From a virus, in the IMG/VR virus record IMGVR_UViG_3300027881_000007, positions 1 through 64,000 of that record: a DNA stretch of 64,000 nt; one strand, 5' to 3'. Shown piece after piece: positions 28,271-37,981 of this stretch (positions are counted from its first letter, which is position 1; every line of letters starts with the position of its first letter). A program made the translations under genes and the position numbers. The notes under the pieces are model-generated. The model saw nothing but the letters and a program-made list of their open reading frames with translations. It did no database searches and had not been told where the DNA came from.

Positions 28271-28782
28271 ACTTTGATTCCCTCTACTCTGAAGTCTCTC
28301 TTTCCCATTCCGTGTGTCCAGCCTTTACCTACATGCCTTATCTTGTATCCCAACTCAACCATCTCTTGGGCTAAGTAACAACCTGTCCACCCTGATCTAT
28401 GAAACCATCCATCCCCATACTTATCTCTATTCTGTCTAGGGTAAAATGCGTGTATTAAATTTATAACGTCGGGTTCTTTCCTTCCCCCCCAACCTTCAAT
28501 ATAATACCAGTAAACTCCAAGGACACAAGGACCTTCCATTATCACAACGCCACCTGGTTTCAGTACGTAGTGAATGTCTCGGAGCATCTGCAGAGCATCT
28601 TCATAGTAAAAATGTTCTACAACATGAGAACACAGTATCTCATCAAAGGAGTTCTCCTTGAATGGCATGTCCTCAATCATCCCAACAACATTGGTACTAA
28701 CTCCACCCCGACTAAGTATTTGAGCATCAAAGTTTATCCACTTCTTTTTGAGCATCTCTCCACTACCAAGATTCAACTTCAA
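28267..28782 (-). CDS. class I SAM-dependent methyltransferase (type 11)
   Basis: KLNLGSG, MPFKENSFDEI..SHVVEH and VLKPGG. Confidence 0.9.
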   Translation of the reverse strand: MKLNLGSGEMLKKKWINFDAQILSRGGVSTNVVGMIEDMPFKENSFDEILCSHVVEHFYYEDALQMLRDIHYVLKPGGVVIMEGPCVLGVYWYYIEGWGGRKEPDVINLIHAFYPRQNRDKYGDGWFHRSGWTGCYLAQEMVELGYKIRHVGKGWTHGMGKRDFRVEGIKV

Positions 28783-28784
28783 GT

Positions 28785-29240
28785 CTATCCTCCAGGCGGT
28801 TGTTGAGGTGGTGGTGCTGTCAACTGATTAATCTTCTTTTGTGCTTCAATCCTTTTGTCTCTCCAGAGATTATACTGGCCTTTCAAATCTTGATTGTTAG
28901 GATCCTTTTTCAGTCTGTACTTGAAATCCGTTTCTTTATCCAAGTACTCTTGATACTTCTGGGTCCAAAATTGCAATTCTTGATTCTTAAGCATCTTTTG
29001 CTGTTGTGTTTGAAGTTGTTTAAAGCTAGCCAAAATGTCATCTTTAAGAGTACTGATTTCAGTATTAACATCCTTCTTGTGAAGATCCAGATCCTTCTCT
29101 GTAGCAATAACAGCATCAAGTCCATAAAAACCAGCTATCAGAGCAATAACAACACCAACCCCAATAAGTACCTTCCAAACTTCAGCACATCGTTTCATTA
29201 ATTTCTTGAAACCATTCTCATTGTTATTATCATTCGCCAT
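28785..29240 (-). CDS. membrane-anchored coiled-coil protein
   Basis: One TM segment (VLIGVGVVIALIAGFYGL) and a Q/K-rich helix; AGGAGG RBS. Confidence 0.7.
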   Translation of the reverse strand: MANDNNNENGFKKLMKRCAEVWKVLIGVGVVIALIAGFYGLDAVIATEKDLDLHKKDVNTEISTLKDDILASFKQLQTQQQKMLKNQELQFWTQKYQEYLDKETDFKYRLKKDPNNQDLKGQYNLWRDKRIEAQKKINQLTAPPPQQPPGG

Positions 29241-29306
29241 AGCTACCTCCTATAACTCGTCAAATTTCGCCGCAAATAGCTTCTCTGCTGCGAGTTCTTA
29301 AATTCT

Positions 29307-30107
29307 TCATATTAGTGAGTGATGCACATTCAAAACCACTCCATTGTCGCGTTGAGTAGATTTTAGATGGTAATATACCAGTACAGTAGCCTTCTTTACA
29401 GCCGCAAGTCCAATTTCTTGCATACACACTTTTTCAACATCATTAATACATGGACCAGGATTATAGCAGTAGGAGCAATACTTCCTATTAGTTACATTAA
29501 TTTGTTCCTTGTAACCATTCCACTCCGGGTCAGCAAAACCTCCATAAATCACAACACAGGGGATATCTAATGCTCTACAAAGATGAGAGATGCCGCCCTC
29601 AGCACACACAACTGCTCGACAAGAAGTTAGAAATTCAACAATCTCTCTTAGACCCCCAAGTTTAGGGATAGGTTGAAATCCTGATTGCTCGGCTAGTTCA
29701 GGAAACATACCCCAGTTCTTTTTTCCGTGCCAGTGATCCTTATGAATAACCTGAACTCCAATGGGATCCTTTTTATTGCCTCGTTTAAACTTAAAATAGA
29801 TCTCAGGTTTTAAAATAGGAATCTCAGTCTGAAGTCCATACTGCTGACAAACTATTTCCCAATCTCTTAATATGTGATGCTTCCTAGGCCACTTCTGATG
29901 AATGGGATCATCGTAACCCAGAAAGACTCCCTCTTTTCCTCTTGTATTAATTTCATCAACGAAAGGATTACCTTCTAATAAGAGAGGGTAGTTAGTGTTT
30001 ACAATTATCTTACTGTCTGGATACGCCTCCTTGATCCTCCTGAGAGTAGGAGTCATAAACAGGCAATCACCTATGCCATTGAACGATTTTATTAATATCT
30101 CTACCAA
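29307..30107 (-). CDS. glycosyltransferase family 9 (heptosyltransferase-like)
   Basis: GIGDCLFMTP, NPFVDEI, K.W and EGGISHLCRALDIPCVVIYG. Confidence 0.88.
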   Translation of the reverse strand: MVEILIKSFNGIGDCLFMTPTLRRIKEAYPDSKIIVNTNYPLLLEGNPFVDEINTRGKEGVFLGYDDPIHQKWPRKHHILRDWEIVCQQYGLQTEIPILKPEIYFKFKRGNKKDPIGVQVIHKDHWHGKKNWGMFPELAEQSGFQPIPKLGGLREIVEFLTSCRAVVCAEGGISHLCRALDIPCVVIYGGFADPEWNGYKEQINVTNRKYCSYCYNPGPCINDVEKVCMQEIGLAAVKKATVLVYYHLKSTQRDNGVVLNVHHSLI

Positions 30108-31555
30108 TTTCTACACTCCCCAATAATGGGTAGCATCTCCTGCTTATAAATTCTATCCATGTTGTACATACATCTCATAAATGTTTTCGCCATAAGTGAA
30201 TACTCTTGTCTCATCCTACCTCTAATGATAGTTGCCACATCTTCGTAATATTTATCACCTGGTATTGCAAAGTTGTGAGTAAAACTTCCAAAGTCAAAGT
30301 ACACGGCATTCAGACCTGCAATCTCTGACTGCATCTGAAGTGATCTGTTTAGTACTAACAGAACTCCGCCTGTCAAAGCAGCTTCAGGCAAAACAAGTCC
30401 AAATGCTTCTTCTCTTGTTGGGAATATAAAGAGGTTCGAAAGAGAAAATAGATCCTTTACAATATTAGCATCTACTCCTGTTTCAAAACGAGGAGGCTCA
30501 AAACGTGAGCTAAATACTACCTCTTTGTCTGGTTCTAGTCCAAGACCTTGGGCCATTTTACAATAACCCTCAACGGTCTCCCGGTGCTTAGGAACTGTGC
30601 ACCACTGATTTAAAATGATAAGTCTAACATCTTCCCCCTGCTTCTTGAGATTACTAAATATTTTCATAACGTGATCAACTCCCTTAGCACCGAGTCGATC
30701 AACTGAAGCAGGGTACACTTGGATGACAGAAGCACCCATCAAGTCATACTGGTCTATCATCCTACAGGTAATTTCATCATAGTCCATAAAGGTTCTCATA
30801 TCCTTTATGTGATGAATAATTCTAACATCATCCACCTCTCCCCTAAACTGTTCAGCAACTCGCAGTCGATCAGTTTCATTTGGGAATACAATCTTGTGCT
30901 TCTTACTTGGGATAGCCCAGTATTCACGCATGCCACTCGGAATACTGTGAACCCAATGTAACCACCTAACATGGGGGAGTTGAAAAGATGCTTTTTCAAG
31001 ACCAATCTTATAAGGTAGGAACCAACCTTGAAAATTTATGTCATGGCAGAACGCCAATTCATATACTTCTCCGTCTTCATCTGTATCAGTAAAGACCTTC
31101 TTAAGTACCTGTTCTGTCTGATCAATTGTCTTCTTGTGATCATCAGTTAAATCATTTGCATTATGATAATCTTTTAAATGGGCAAAGGGCAGGACTTTAA
31201 GCATCTCTACGCCCTCAAAGTCCTGGTCTCTGTATTTTTCGTTGACCAGTAAGCCAACCTTATGCCCATTTTTCGTTAAAACCTTAATATGATCTTTAAC
31301 AATTCCAGTCAATGAGTAGCGTGGGTTAAACTCCATGAAGTTTGTAACAATACAAATCTTCGCTTTCTTTCCATGTCCTACCTCTTTTGGCACAATTTGT
31401 TTGGGTGGTTCAGGTTGAGATTGAAGAGGTGGAGGTGGAGGTTGAATATCAATCTTTCTCTTATCCTGAACTGTAAATCCAGGGTCAGCCTGTTCTTCCT
31501 TCTTCATTTCGACAGTTCCATCTTCACTTTGCTCCATTTCGATTACCTTCGACAT
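30101..31555 (-). CDS. GT-B glycosyltransferase (GT4-like)
   Basis: LFIFPTREEAFGLVLPEAA (ExFGxxxxE); start moved to MSKVIE, which has an AGGAG RBS. Confidence 0.85.
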   Translation of the reverse strand: MSKVIEMEQSEDGTVEMKKEEQADPGFTVQDKRKIDIQPPPPPLQSQPEPPKQIVPKEVGHGKKAKICIVTNFMEFNPRYSLTGIVKDHIKVLTKNGHKVGLLVNEKYRDQDFEGVEMLKVLPFAHLKDYHNANDLTDDHKKTIDQTEQVLKKVFTDTDEDGEVYELAFCHDINFQGWFLPYKIGLEKASFQLPHVRWLHWVHSIPSGMREYWAIPSKKHKIVFPNETDRLRVAEQFRGEVDDVRIIHHIKDMRTFMDYDEITCRMIDQYDLMGASVIQVYPASVDRLGAKGVDHVMKIFSNLKKQGEDVRLIILNQWCTVPKHRETVEGYCKMAQGLGLEPDKEVVFSSRFEPPRFETGVDANIVKDLFSLSNLFIFPTREEAFGLVLPEAALTGGVLLVLNRSLQMQSEIAGLNAVYFDFGSFTHNFAIPGDKYYEDVATIIRGRMRQEYSLMAKTFMRCMYNMDRIYKQEMLPIIGECRNW

Positions 31556-31577
31556 TTCTCGATTCTCCTTCTCTAAC

Positions 31578-32540
31578 TTACGGCCACGTTGGTGGGTAGA
31601 TAGCGCTTCGTCCATACCTCCTGTTAAAGGTGTATATTACAGATAGATATAACTCTAACAATGAAACATTGTAATTTAGAAGAGTCATTTCATATAGATC
31701 AGTTGCTGCGTCATAAATGTGAGCAAACATGGGGTCAGTCGTATAGACATCACCAGTAGCAATCCACAAGTCATATTGATTCTCAACCATCCTTGCGAGA
31801 ACAGCAATAACAAAGAAAAGTTCAGACATGTAATACCTTGGTCTGATGCCAAAGTATGGACTTCTTGAAGGAAGGTTTATTTCTTCAATTTGATGGAAGT
31901 GTTCAACATCTTCTTTTAACATCATCCAGTGTGGGTCTGCATAAGTCATTTCATCAAATGGTACATCTGGCCATGGTATAGGTAGTTCTCCTGGTCCTAA
32001 TGATCTAGTTGACTTCCCTCTAAATACTAATTCGCCTGGACCCAACGGATCTCCAGGCACAGTATACTGTACATCATACTCAACAATATCAATATCAGCT
32101 AAACCATAGTATGCTAAGACCTGATAAAGAGCATTGGGAGTCCCCTTGACTTTATACAAGTTGACAAGATCAAAGAAAAAGTTAACTTTAGTTGTGAAGG
32201 TTAGTATGTCCACTGGGACATCATAACCAAATGATTGAATCAACTGCTGAACGTGAGTATCAGGCATGGGAAATACTTCAGACACTGAGGCCTCAGTTGT
32301 TCCCACAGTCCTAAGTGTAGCATACCAGTCTATAAGGAAGGTGCGTAGTCGTTTGTAATCATCAGAATTGAAGACTGCTTGATCAAGGGTGTTCTCAAAT
32401 AGTTGCTCCGATAAACCCCTCTCAGATTCAGCTATATTTTTCGTATTATTGTCAAGTTCAATCGTATCAAAGGTAGGATCTATCCTTCTCTGATAGAGAA
32501 AATTCCATATTGTCCAATAGTCTTCAATTTTGAATGCCAT
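31578..32540 (-). CDS. probable baseplate wedge protein
   Basis: LVNLYKVKGT...LAYYG resembles the KGT motif of P2 gpI/T4 gp7-type baseplate proteins. Confidence 0.55.
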   Translation of the reverse strand: MAFKIEDYWTIWNFLYQRRIDPTFDTIELDNNTKNIAESERGLSEQLFENTLDQAVFNSDDYKRLRTFLIDWYATLRTVGTTEASVSEVFPMPDTHVQQLIQSFGYDVPVDILTFTTKVNFFFDLVNLYKVKGTPNALYQVLAYYGLADIDIVEYDVQYTVPGDPLGPGELVFRGKSTRSLGPGELPIPWPDVPFDEMTYADPHWMMLKEDVEHFHQIEEINLPSRSPYFGIRPRYYMSELFFVIAVLARMVENQYDLWIATGDVYTTDPMFAHIYDAATDLYEMTLLNYNVSLLELYLSVIYTFNRRYGRSAIYPPTWP

Positions 32541-32542
32541 AC

Positions 32543-33202
32543 TTATACAATCTCCTCACACGGAGGTATAGGAATCACCTCTCTAGCAGCCACAAAGTCG
32601 AAATACAGTTCAATTACAAAGGCCTCATAACAACTTTGTAAGACTTCAAATGGTTGAGAGATAAGAGTTGTAGTATCATAGACTGAAGTGTCCTCATCAA
32701 TCTTCAACTTCAAGTACACCCATATCAACTTTGATAAATCAGTACTTAGAGCATCTAGTGAGGCATACAAAGTTATTGACGCAGTTGAATCAACTAGAAC
32801 TACTGAGGTTGAATCAACCAAATTAACTCTAGTTGGGTCAATGCGATATGCCAGTAGAGTATTTAGTAGGGTAAAATCATCTGGTTGGAGATGAAATAGA
32901 TTAAATGCATTAGTGCTGTCACATACTTCATACACCTTGGCGGAAGCATATACCGTTATTCTCTCCCTTACCATAGCTGGCCACTTAGACTTACTCTCTA
33001 TATCTTGGAAAAGATATTCATACTCAGTAAATGGATATGATTCATCGAACAGGAGTTGAATGAATGATTTTGGTTTTAGAAAGAGAGTGGGAATTTCAAC
33101 AGGATAAGGTATCTTATCTTTATTGAGATTCCTGTAAACGACTGCCCTACTAAACCAATATTGTAATTCATTTACTAAACTTGTGGAAAATGGTAACGTC
33201 AT
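32543..33202 (-). CDS. hypothetical protein, probably structural
   Basis: Long ORF translationally coupled to the baseplate-like gene; repeated DST motifs. Confidence 0.6.
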   Translation of the reverse strand: MTLPFSTSLVNELQYWFSRAVVYRNLNKDKIPYPVEIPTLFLKPKSFIQLLFDESYPFTEYEYLFQDIESKSKWPAMVRERITVYASAKVYEVCDSTNAFNLFHLQPDDFTLLNTLLAYRIDPTRVNLVDSTSVVLVDSTASITLYASLDALSTDLSKLIWVYLKLKIDEDTSVYDTTTLISQPFEVLQSCYEAFVIELYFDFVAAREVIPIPPCEEIV

Positions 33203-33891
33203 TAAGACTCCTCTTTCGAAATGAAAGAACTAAGTACCATGTAAATATGTCCTTCAAACTCGTGTGGATCCATACCTAATTCATCAGCAAAGGCATGTAC
33301 TTGTTTATCCGAAGGATTTGGATTGGCTTTAAAGAATTTTATAATTTTTGCATGAATGTCTCCACTATCTTCTTGTTCATGCACTGGTTCAGCAGCCTCA
33401 GCTTCAGCTTTAGTTGTCTGTACAGTTCCAGACGGATGATTTGGGGGAGAATAGACTGAATAAAGTTTCAAGTCATCTTCATCCGAGATATTAATAACAT
33501 TGTGTTTAGTTCCAGCTGGTATAACAAATGCTGAACCATCTTCTATTAATATCTCCTTTCCATTTAGGACTACTTTACCTTTTCCTGCTTCAATCCTAAT
33601 AAATTGATCAACATTGGAATGATTCTCTTCTCCAATATCTTCACTAGGCCGAATGCTCATCAATACTAACTGAGATTTTGTAGCAGTATAAAGAACCTTA
33701 CGAAAATTCTTATTTGCTATCGTTTCCTTTTCAATATTAATAAGAAACCCATCAGGAGCTTTATAAATATCAACTTCGTGAGCAGCTTGCTCATACATCT
33801 CACGGATGCATTTTTTCTTAATGGGTCACCACCTCATCCCGGGCGGACAATCTTTCTTCTCAGATAAGTGTTTCAGGTAACTGTCGATCAT
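33202..33891 (-). CDS. cupin-domain protein with N-terminal CPPGMRW-U-PIKKKC module; predicted selenoprotein (TGA at 33826-33828)
   Basis: AGGAGG RBS before ATG 33891, in frame with the cupin ORF (NFRKVLYT, EENH..VDQF, IPAGTKHNV, YSPPNH); hairpin after the TGA. Confidence 0.75.
33793..33811 (-). promoter_or_regulatory. putative bacterial SECIS hairpin
   Basis: ATGCATC-CGTGA-GATGTAT; loop starts 21 nt after the in-frame TGA, G at loop position 2. Confidence 0.6.
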
Positions 33892-33897
33892 TTTAAA

Positions 33898-35037
33898 CTA
33901 CCTCCTAAACTTAATATTTGGTAGAGGGTACCATGGATGCATTGGTGTATATACTTTAGGTTCAACATCAACTTCAGTTTCACTCTCCTCTTCCGTTTCA
34001 ACATCAACTATGTGCTGTTTGGCATCTCTTTCAGTTGTAAATTCAATTGAAAGTTTGCTCAGTACATGGGTAATAGGATTTGATAGTGTAGTATTATCTG
34101 AACCTGCAAATAGCAACCCTACAGCATTGTTATCCATATCCAATACTAGGGAGCCAGAGTCTCCACCATCACTCATGGGACCAGACATTATTTGGTCTTC
34201 AAATAGAGCAATAGGTCCACCATAATTAACCTGTGCTGTTACGTGGAGTTGAATGACTACACCTTGAGTATATCCAGTTGTTCGACCACTTTTCTGAATT
34301 GGTGTTCCAAGAGTTGGTTCAGATACTCCCTTGACATAACCAATTTCAAGTATCATCAACTCCATATCTTCAAACTTAATTGGGGTAGCTATGGCACAAT
34401 CGACTAGATTAGGATCACCCGGTTCAGCTTCCTTAGATAGAGAGAACTTATGACTTGAACCAAGTAGTTGTCCTATCTTATTGAGTACCTTCTCAATAGA
34501 ACCAGCTATAGGACATATAGGTACTGTATCACCAGAGAAGGAGATGGGCACATAGTCGAGTAGACTAGCTACGGTGTCTTCTTCACGGCCACCATCAATT
34601 CTCCCTGGTTGAAATATGGCATCACCTATGGCAGCTTCATTCGAGTTAGCGAACACGTGATTATTACTCAATAGGAGAATATCATCTCCACGCTTAACAA
34701 ACGCACCAAGAGTTCCTGCAGTTATATCTTTATGTCCCATAGATACACCAGCGGGATATGGCCTCCACCAATCACTTCGTTCTTTTAACGCAACAAATTC
34801 TCCTGTCTCAGTAACATCTGTCTTCGTGCCATCACCTACTGTCTGTGGTATCACATCCTTAGCCGGCAACTTCTCAATAGGGAGTTTCTGCTTAACAGAC
34901 ACAACAACACAAACCTCACTTGTAGCTACTCCGGCCACAGTTTTTAAACCAACTCCCACCGCCACCACGTTGGCCTTCTTAAGAAGATCTTTCTTACTCT
35001 CATTCACAACGTTTCTGACAATCTCTATGGTACTCAT
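33898..35037 (-). CDS. trypsin-like serine protease (Nal1-like)
   Basis: AGTLG, LSNNHV (His), DCAIA (Asp), KSGRTTG and GDSGS (Ser); start placed at MSTIE after AAGGAG. Confidence 0.9.
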   Translation of the reverse strand: MSTIEIVRNVVNESKKDLLKKANVVAVGVGLKTVAGVATSEVCVVVSVKQKLPIEKLPAKDVIPQTVGDGTKTDVTETGEFVALKERSDWWRPYPAGVSMGHKDITAGTLGAFVKRGDDILLLSNNHVFANSNEAAIGDAIFQPGRIDGGREEDTVASLLDYVPISFSGDTVPICPIAGSIEKVLNKIGQLLGSSHKFSLSKEAEPGDPNLVDCAIATPIKFEDMELMILEIGYVKGVSEPTLGTPIQKSGRTTGYTQGVVIQLHVTAQVNYGGPIALFEDQIMSGPMSDGGDSGSLVLDMDNNAVGLLFAGSDNTTLSNPITHVLSKLSIEFTTERDAKQHIVDVETEEESETEVDVEPKVYTPMHPWYPLPNIKFRR

Positions 35038-35073
35038 GAGATACTCCTTAATTTCAAAGTAGTCTGTCATACA

Positions 35074-35517
35074 TTAAAGAAGAATTTTCGACCAACGAGA
35101 TTCCTCAAATCTTTGCTCAAGGGACGCCTTCGCTTCATCACCATCTGGCGACTTAAGCTCCCCATCCATAATAAGAGACATAAGTTCATGCAGGTCAGCC
35201 TCTCCGATGTTCTTGATAAAGTCCTCTTTAGCAGATTCTGGTATTTTCTCCGATTCTTTGACTACCTCACTAATATATATCCTAAGACTTTCTGTCTTCA
35301 ACTCCTCCACCTTTTTATCATTATAAGCCCTACTTGAATCATCTTCATATTCTGAATCTTCTCCAGTCATAGGATCTTTCTCAGGGGCACCAGCAGGTTC
35401 CCCAGGTGGAAGAGGTTCTTCTACTTCATCGGGATCAACCATCTCAACCATTTCCTGCTCATGTAGTATTTGTTGTTTCTCATCACCGTACAATTCCTCT
35501 AACTTTTTTGTTGGCAT
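35074..35517 (-). CDS. acidic hypothetical protein, possibly head scaffold/internal
   Basis: E-rich, several LxE sites; AGGAGG RBS. Confidence 0.6.
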   Translation of the reverse strand: MPTKKLEELYGDEKQQILHEQEMVEMVDPDEVEEPLPPGEPAGAPEKDPMTGEDSEYEDDSSRAYNDKKVEELKTESLRIYISEVVKESEKIPESAKEDFIKNIGEADLHELMSLIMDGELKSPDGDEAKASLEQRFEESRWSKILL

Positions 35518-35526
35518 ATCATCCTC

Positions 35527-35874
35527 CTAGAACCGAGTCATTTTTAGTTTTGCTTGAAGTTTAGAAATCTTATTAGTCAATTTTGCTTTACATGCCTCAG
35601 GATTCTTATCCTTTCCACACATACCCTTTCCTTTATTAAGAGCACCCATCTTTGCTTTAATCGCTTGTGCTTTGAACCTCTTTAGACACTTGGTCTTATC
35701 CAGACCAGTATAGTCTTTACACGTCCTAGCAGCCTTATCAAAAATAGCCTTATAGGACTTAGCTGCTAAACTAAGGGCCATTGGCACAACAAAGAGAGCA
35801 GTACTCACACCCGCTTCATCAAATACCTTATCTTCTTGTATAAATTGCAAATAGGCATCTAACCTCTCACTCAT
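35527..35874 (-). CDS. putative capsid-internal protein with 4-Cys basic helical domain
   Basis: Leader LDAYLQFIQE; hydrophobic segment; paralogue of 42361-42867. Confidence 0.65.
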   Translation of the reverse strand: MSERLDAYLQFIQEDKVFDEAGVSTALFVVPMALSLAAKSYKAIFDKAARTCKDYTGLDKTKCLKRFKAQAIKAKMGALNKGKGMCGKDKNPEACKAKLTNKISKLQAKLKMTRF

Positions 35875-35883
35875 ATCATCCTC

Positions 35884-36474
35884 CTACGTAGACATCTTAA
35901 GTATGACAGCGAATAAACCCACAACACCAAGTAGTGCTATGGCTGTAAGTCCAACCTGTGCTAAAGGTGGAAAGAGAGTAGCTAAAAGAATAAATGCACC
36001 TATACCAAAACCATATGCAAAAGCTCCTTCACCAGCCATTGCCTGTTCACCAAGTTTAGCTTTTAATCGTTTCCTAACGCGGCCAAACTTAAGCAGCACT
36101 TCTTTAGTTTTCACATCTGGTTTATCTGAATGACTTGCGCCAAGAGCAATCATTGATGAGAGATATGAGAGAGCACTATCTGGAACATCTGGATATTTTG
36201 TTTCTAGTTGGTTCATAGACATCATATAGGACTGATCAAAACCTTTAGAGGATGCCCTTCTAGCAACCTTTTTAAACTTTTTAGATGAGATAACAGGTAC
36301 AAGGGTAATCGCTTTTTCTATGGTTTTAGCATCTCCTCTCACTATACCCTTCTTCATACCAAGCATTATCTTATCAAGTCTACCTTGTGTCATCTTCCTG
36401 ACAAAGGATGCTACATTCTCGGTGATAACATCAGACTCTTGTAACTCATTCATATACTTATCAATTATCCTCAT
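35884..36474 (-). CDS. putative capsid-internal protein with C-terminal TM hairpin
   Basis: Leader IDKYMNELQE; two hydrophobic C-terminal helices. Confidence 0.65.
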   Translation of the reverse strand: MRIIDKYMNELQESDVITENVASFVRKMTQGRLDKIMLGMKKGIVRGDAKTIEKAITLVPVISSKKFKKVARRASSKGFDQSYMMSMNQLETKYPDVPDSALSYLSSMIALGASHSDKPDVKTKEVLLKFGRVRKRLKAKLGEQAMAGEGAFAYGFGIGAFILLATLFPPLAQVGLTAIALLGVVGLFAVILKMST

Positions 36475-36512
36475 ATCCCTCTCCTAAATTAATCGAACTA
36501 TCCCTATTTTTA

Positions 36513-36523
36513 ATTTGTTCCAC
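36513..36523 (-). promoter_or_regulatory. putative late promoter motif GTGGAACAAAT
   Basis: Recurrent motif. Confidence 0.5.
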
Positions 36524-36536
36524 ATATTTGAAGTCA

Positions 36537-36926
36537 TCACTGGTCATATTTTGAGACAATCCAACACAGCCTCATCTGTAAAGTAATAGTAGTTAATGGT
36601 ACATTCCCATGCACATCTACAGGGTCCATAGCAGGGGCAAGTTCAGTCTTCCTTAACTCCTCTTCAATTTCCATAAACTCCATATATGCAGCAAGGTCCC
36701 CAACCTCAGGATCATCACCAAGTCTATATTTGTCTCCCTCTTGATGTCCTCTAGGTATAGCAAATATAATCTCGTGATACTCTTCCCTTGTAGGTAACAT
36801 CATATACTCTTCTAGAATAAACTCAGGATAATCACGATGTTCCTTCATCCACTTTTTCTTCTCCTCCAGTGACAGACCCTCCGGCATTTCCTCCAGTGAG
36901 GGCAAACTCCCCGTAAGATCGGTCAT
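36537..36926 (-). CDS. hypothetical protein
   Basis: AAGGAG RBS, co-oriented with neighbours. Confidence 0.65.
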   Translation of the reverse strand: MTDLTGSLPSLEEMPEGLSLEEKKKWMKEHRDYPEFILEEYMMLPTREEYHEIIFAIPRGHQEGDKYRLGDDPEVGDLAAYMEFMEIEEELRKTELAPAMDPVDVHGNVPLTTITLQMRLCWIVSKYDQ

Positions 36927-36939
36927 CTCGCTTCTCCTT

Positions 36940-37515
36940 CTATTCTACCTTCTCAGATATCACAGTCCATCCTTCTTTCTGTGTTTCATCATCAATATCA
37001 TCTGGTTCTACTGAAAACCAATCTCTTTTGTTAAACTTCAAACCTATCTGGTCTTGCCATGCCATAGCTATAAGAGAGGAGCACACAATACTATTCGACC
37101 TATTCAAGGTAGCCGTAAACCAATTAGTCCTAAACAGGTTGTCCCAAAACTGCCAAAATATAGTCACCAGACTAAACTTCTCTCCCAACTTACTATTTAG
37201 TCGTTCGGCAATACCTGCAGCATCTTCATCAGACAAATCATCTTTCCTCACAATCCTGTATGCTCTCTTGGCCATATACTTCTTGACCTGAAGCATATCT
37301 CGTTTGACAACTTTCATCTGTGCCTCTATCAACATATTAGGTGCTATCATACAAGACACGTGAGTAAACCTAGCAGGGTCTCCTCCTCCCCCATATTGAA
37401 TAAACTTAAGAAAGAAATTAGTAAACCAATTCTTCTTGGCACAAGTCATTATTATATCACCCGCCTTTAACTTGGGTACTTCAATCCCTGTAGATGACGA
37501 TTGTGATAAACCCAT
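36940..37515 (-). CDS. permuted papain-like (YiiX/YaeF-type NlpC/P60) enzyme
   Basis: LKAGDII, FTHV (His) before IEA and VCSSLI (Cys), final PDDI. Confidence 0.8.
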   Translation of the reverse strand: MGLSQSSSTGIEVPKLKAGDIIMTCAKKNWFTNFFLKFIQYGGGGDPARFTHVSCMIAPNMLIEAQMKVVKRDMLQVKKYMAKRAYRIVRKDDLSDEDAAGIAERLNSKLGEKFSLVTIFWQFWDNLFRTNWFTATLNRSNSIVCSSLIAMAWQDQIGLKFNKRDWFSVEPDDIDDETQKEGWTVISEKVE

Positions 37516-37516
37516 A

Positions 37517-37981
37517 TCATCCTCCTATAAATGTTACCTTCTCCTCTAGGTCTGGTTTATATAAACAGAAAGGTATCAACCAACGAAGATTATTTATCAT
37601 AGTAAACTTATTTAGTTCCCTTGTAGATATAATTGATACTCTCTCATCTGTTACAGTCTTAGCCTCATAGAAAGTATCATGCGGCAACTCAATAGAAAGG
37701 AAATACACCCTCCAACCACTACCTTGAATCGTAACCTTATGACGCCATACATATGGATTGGTTTCAATACCTACCTCTTCTTTAAACTCCCTAGATATAG
37801 CCTCATGCATACTTTCACCATTTTCAATATGTCCACCGGGGCCATTTAATGCACCCTTCTGCCAAGCAGGTCTTTGCTTCCTTACTAATATAACTCTCTC
37901 ACCATCTTCTCTAAAAGCAAAACCTACCACATATTCAGTCTTTCCAAATAGCTTTCCTTTCCTCTCAGATGTATTGAGCAT
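37517..37981 (-). CDS. Nudix hydrolase
   Basis: Nudix box GGHIENGESMHEAISREFKEEVG; start set at MLNTSE (GGAGG RBS). Confidence 0.92.
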   Translation of the reverse strand: MLNTSERKGKLFGKTEYVVGFAFREDGERVILVRKQRPAWQKGALNGPGGHIENGESMHEAISREFKEEVGIETNPYVWRHKVTIQGSGWRVYFLSIELPHDTFYEAKTVTDERVSIISTRELNKFTMINNLRWLIPFCLYKPDLEEKVTFIGG

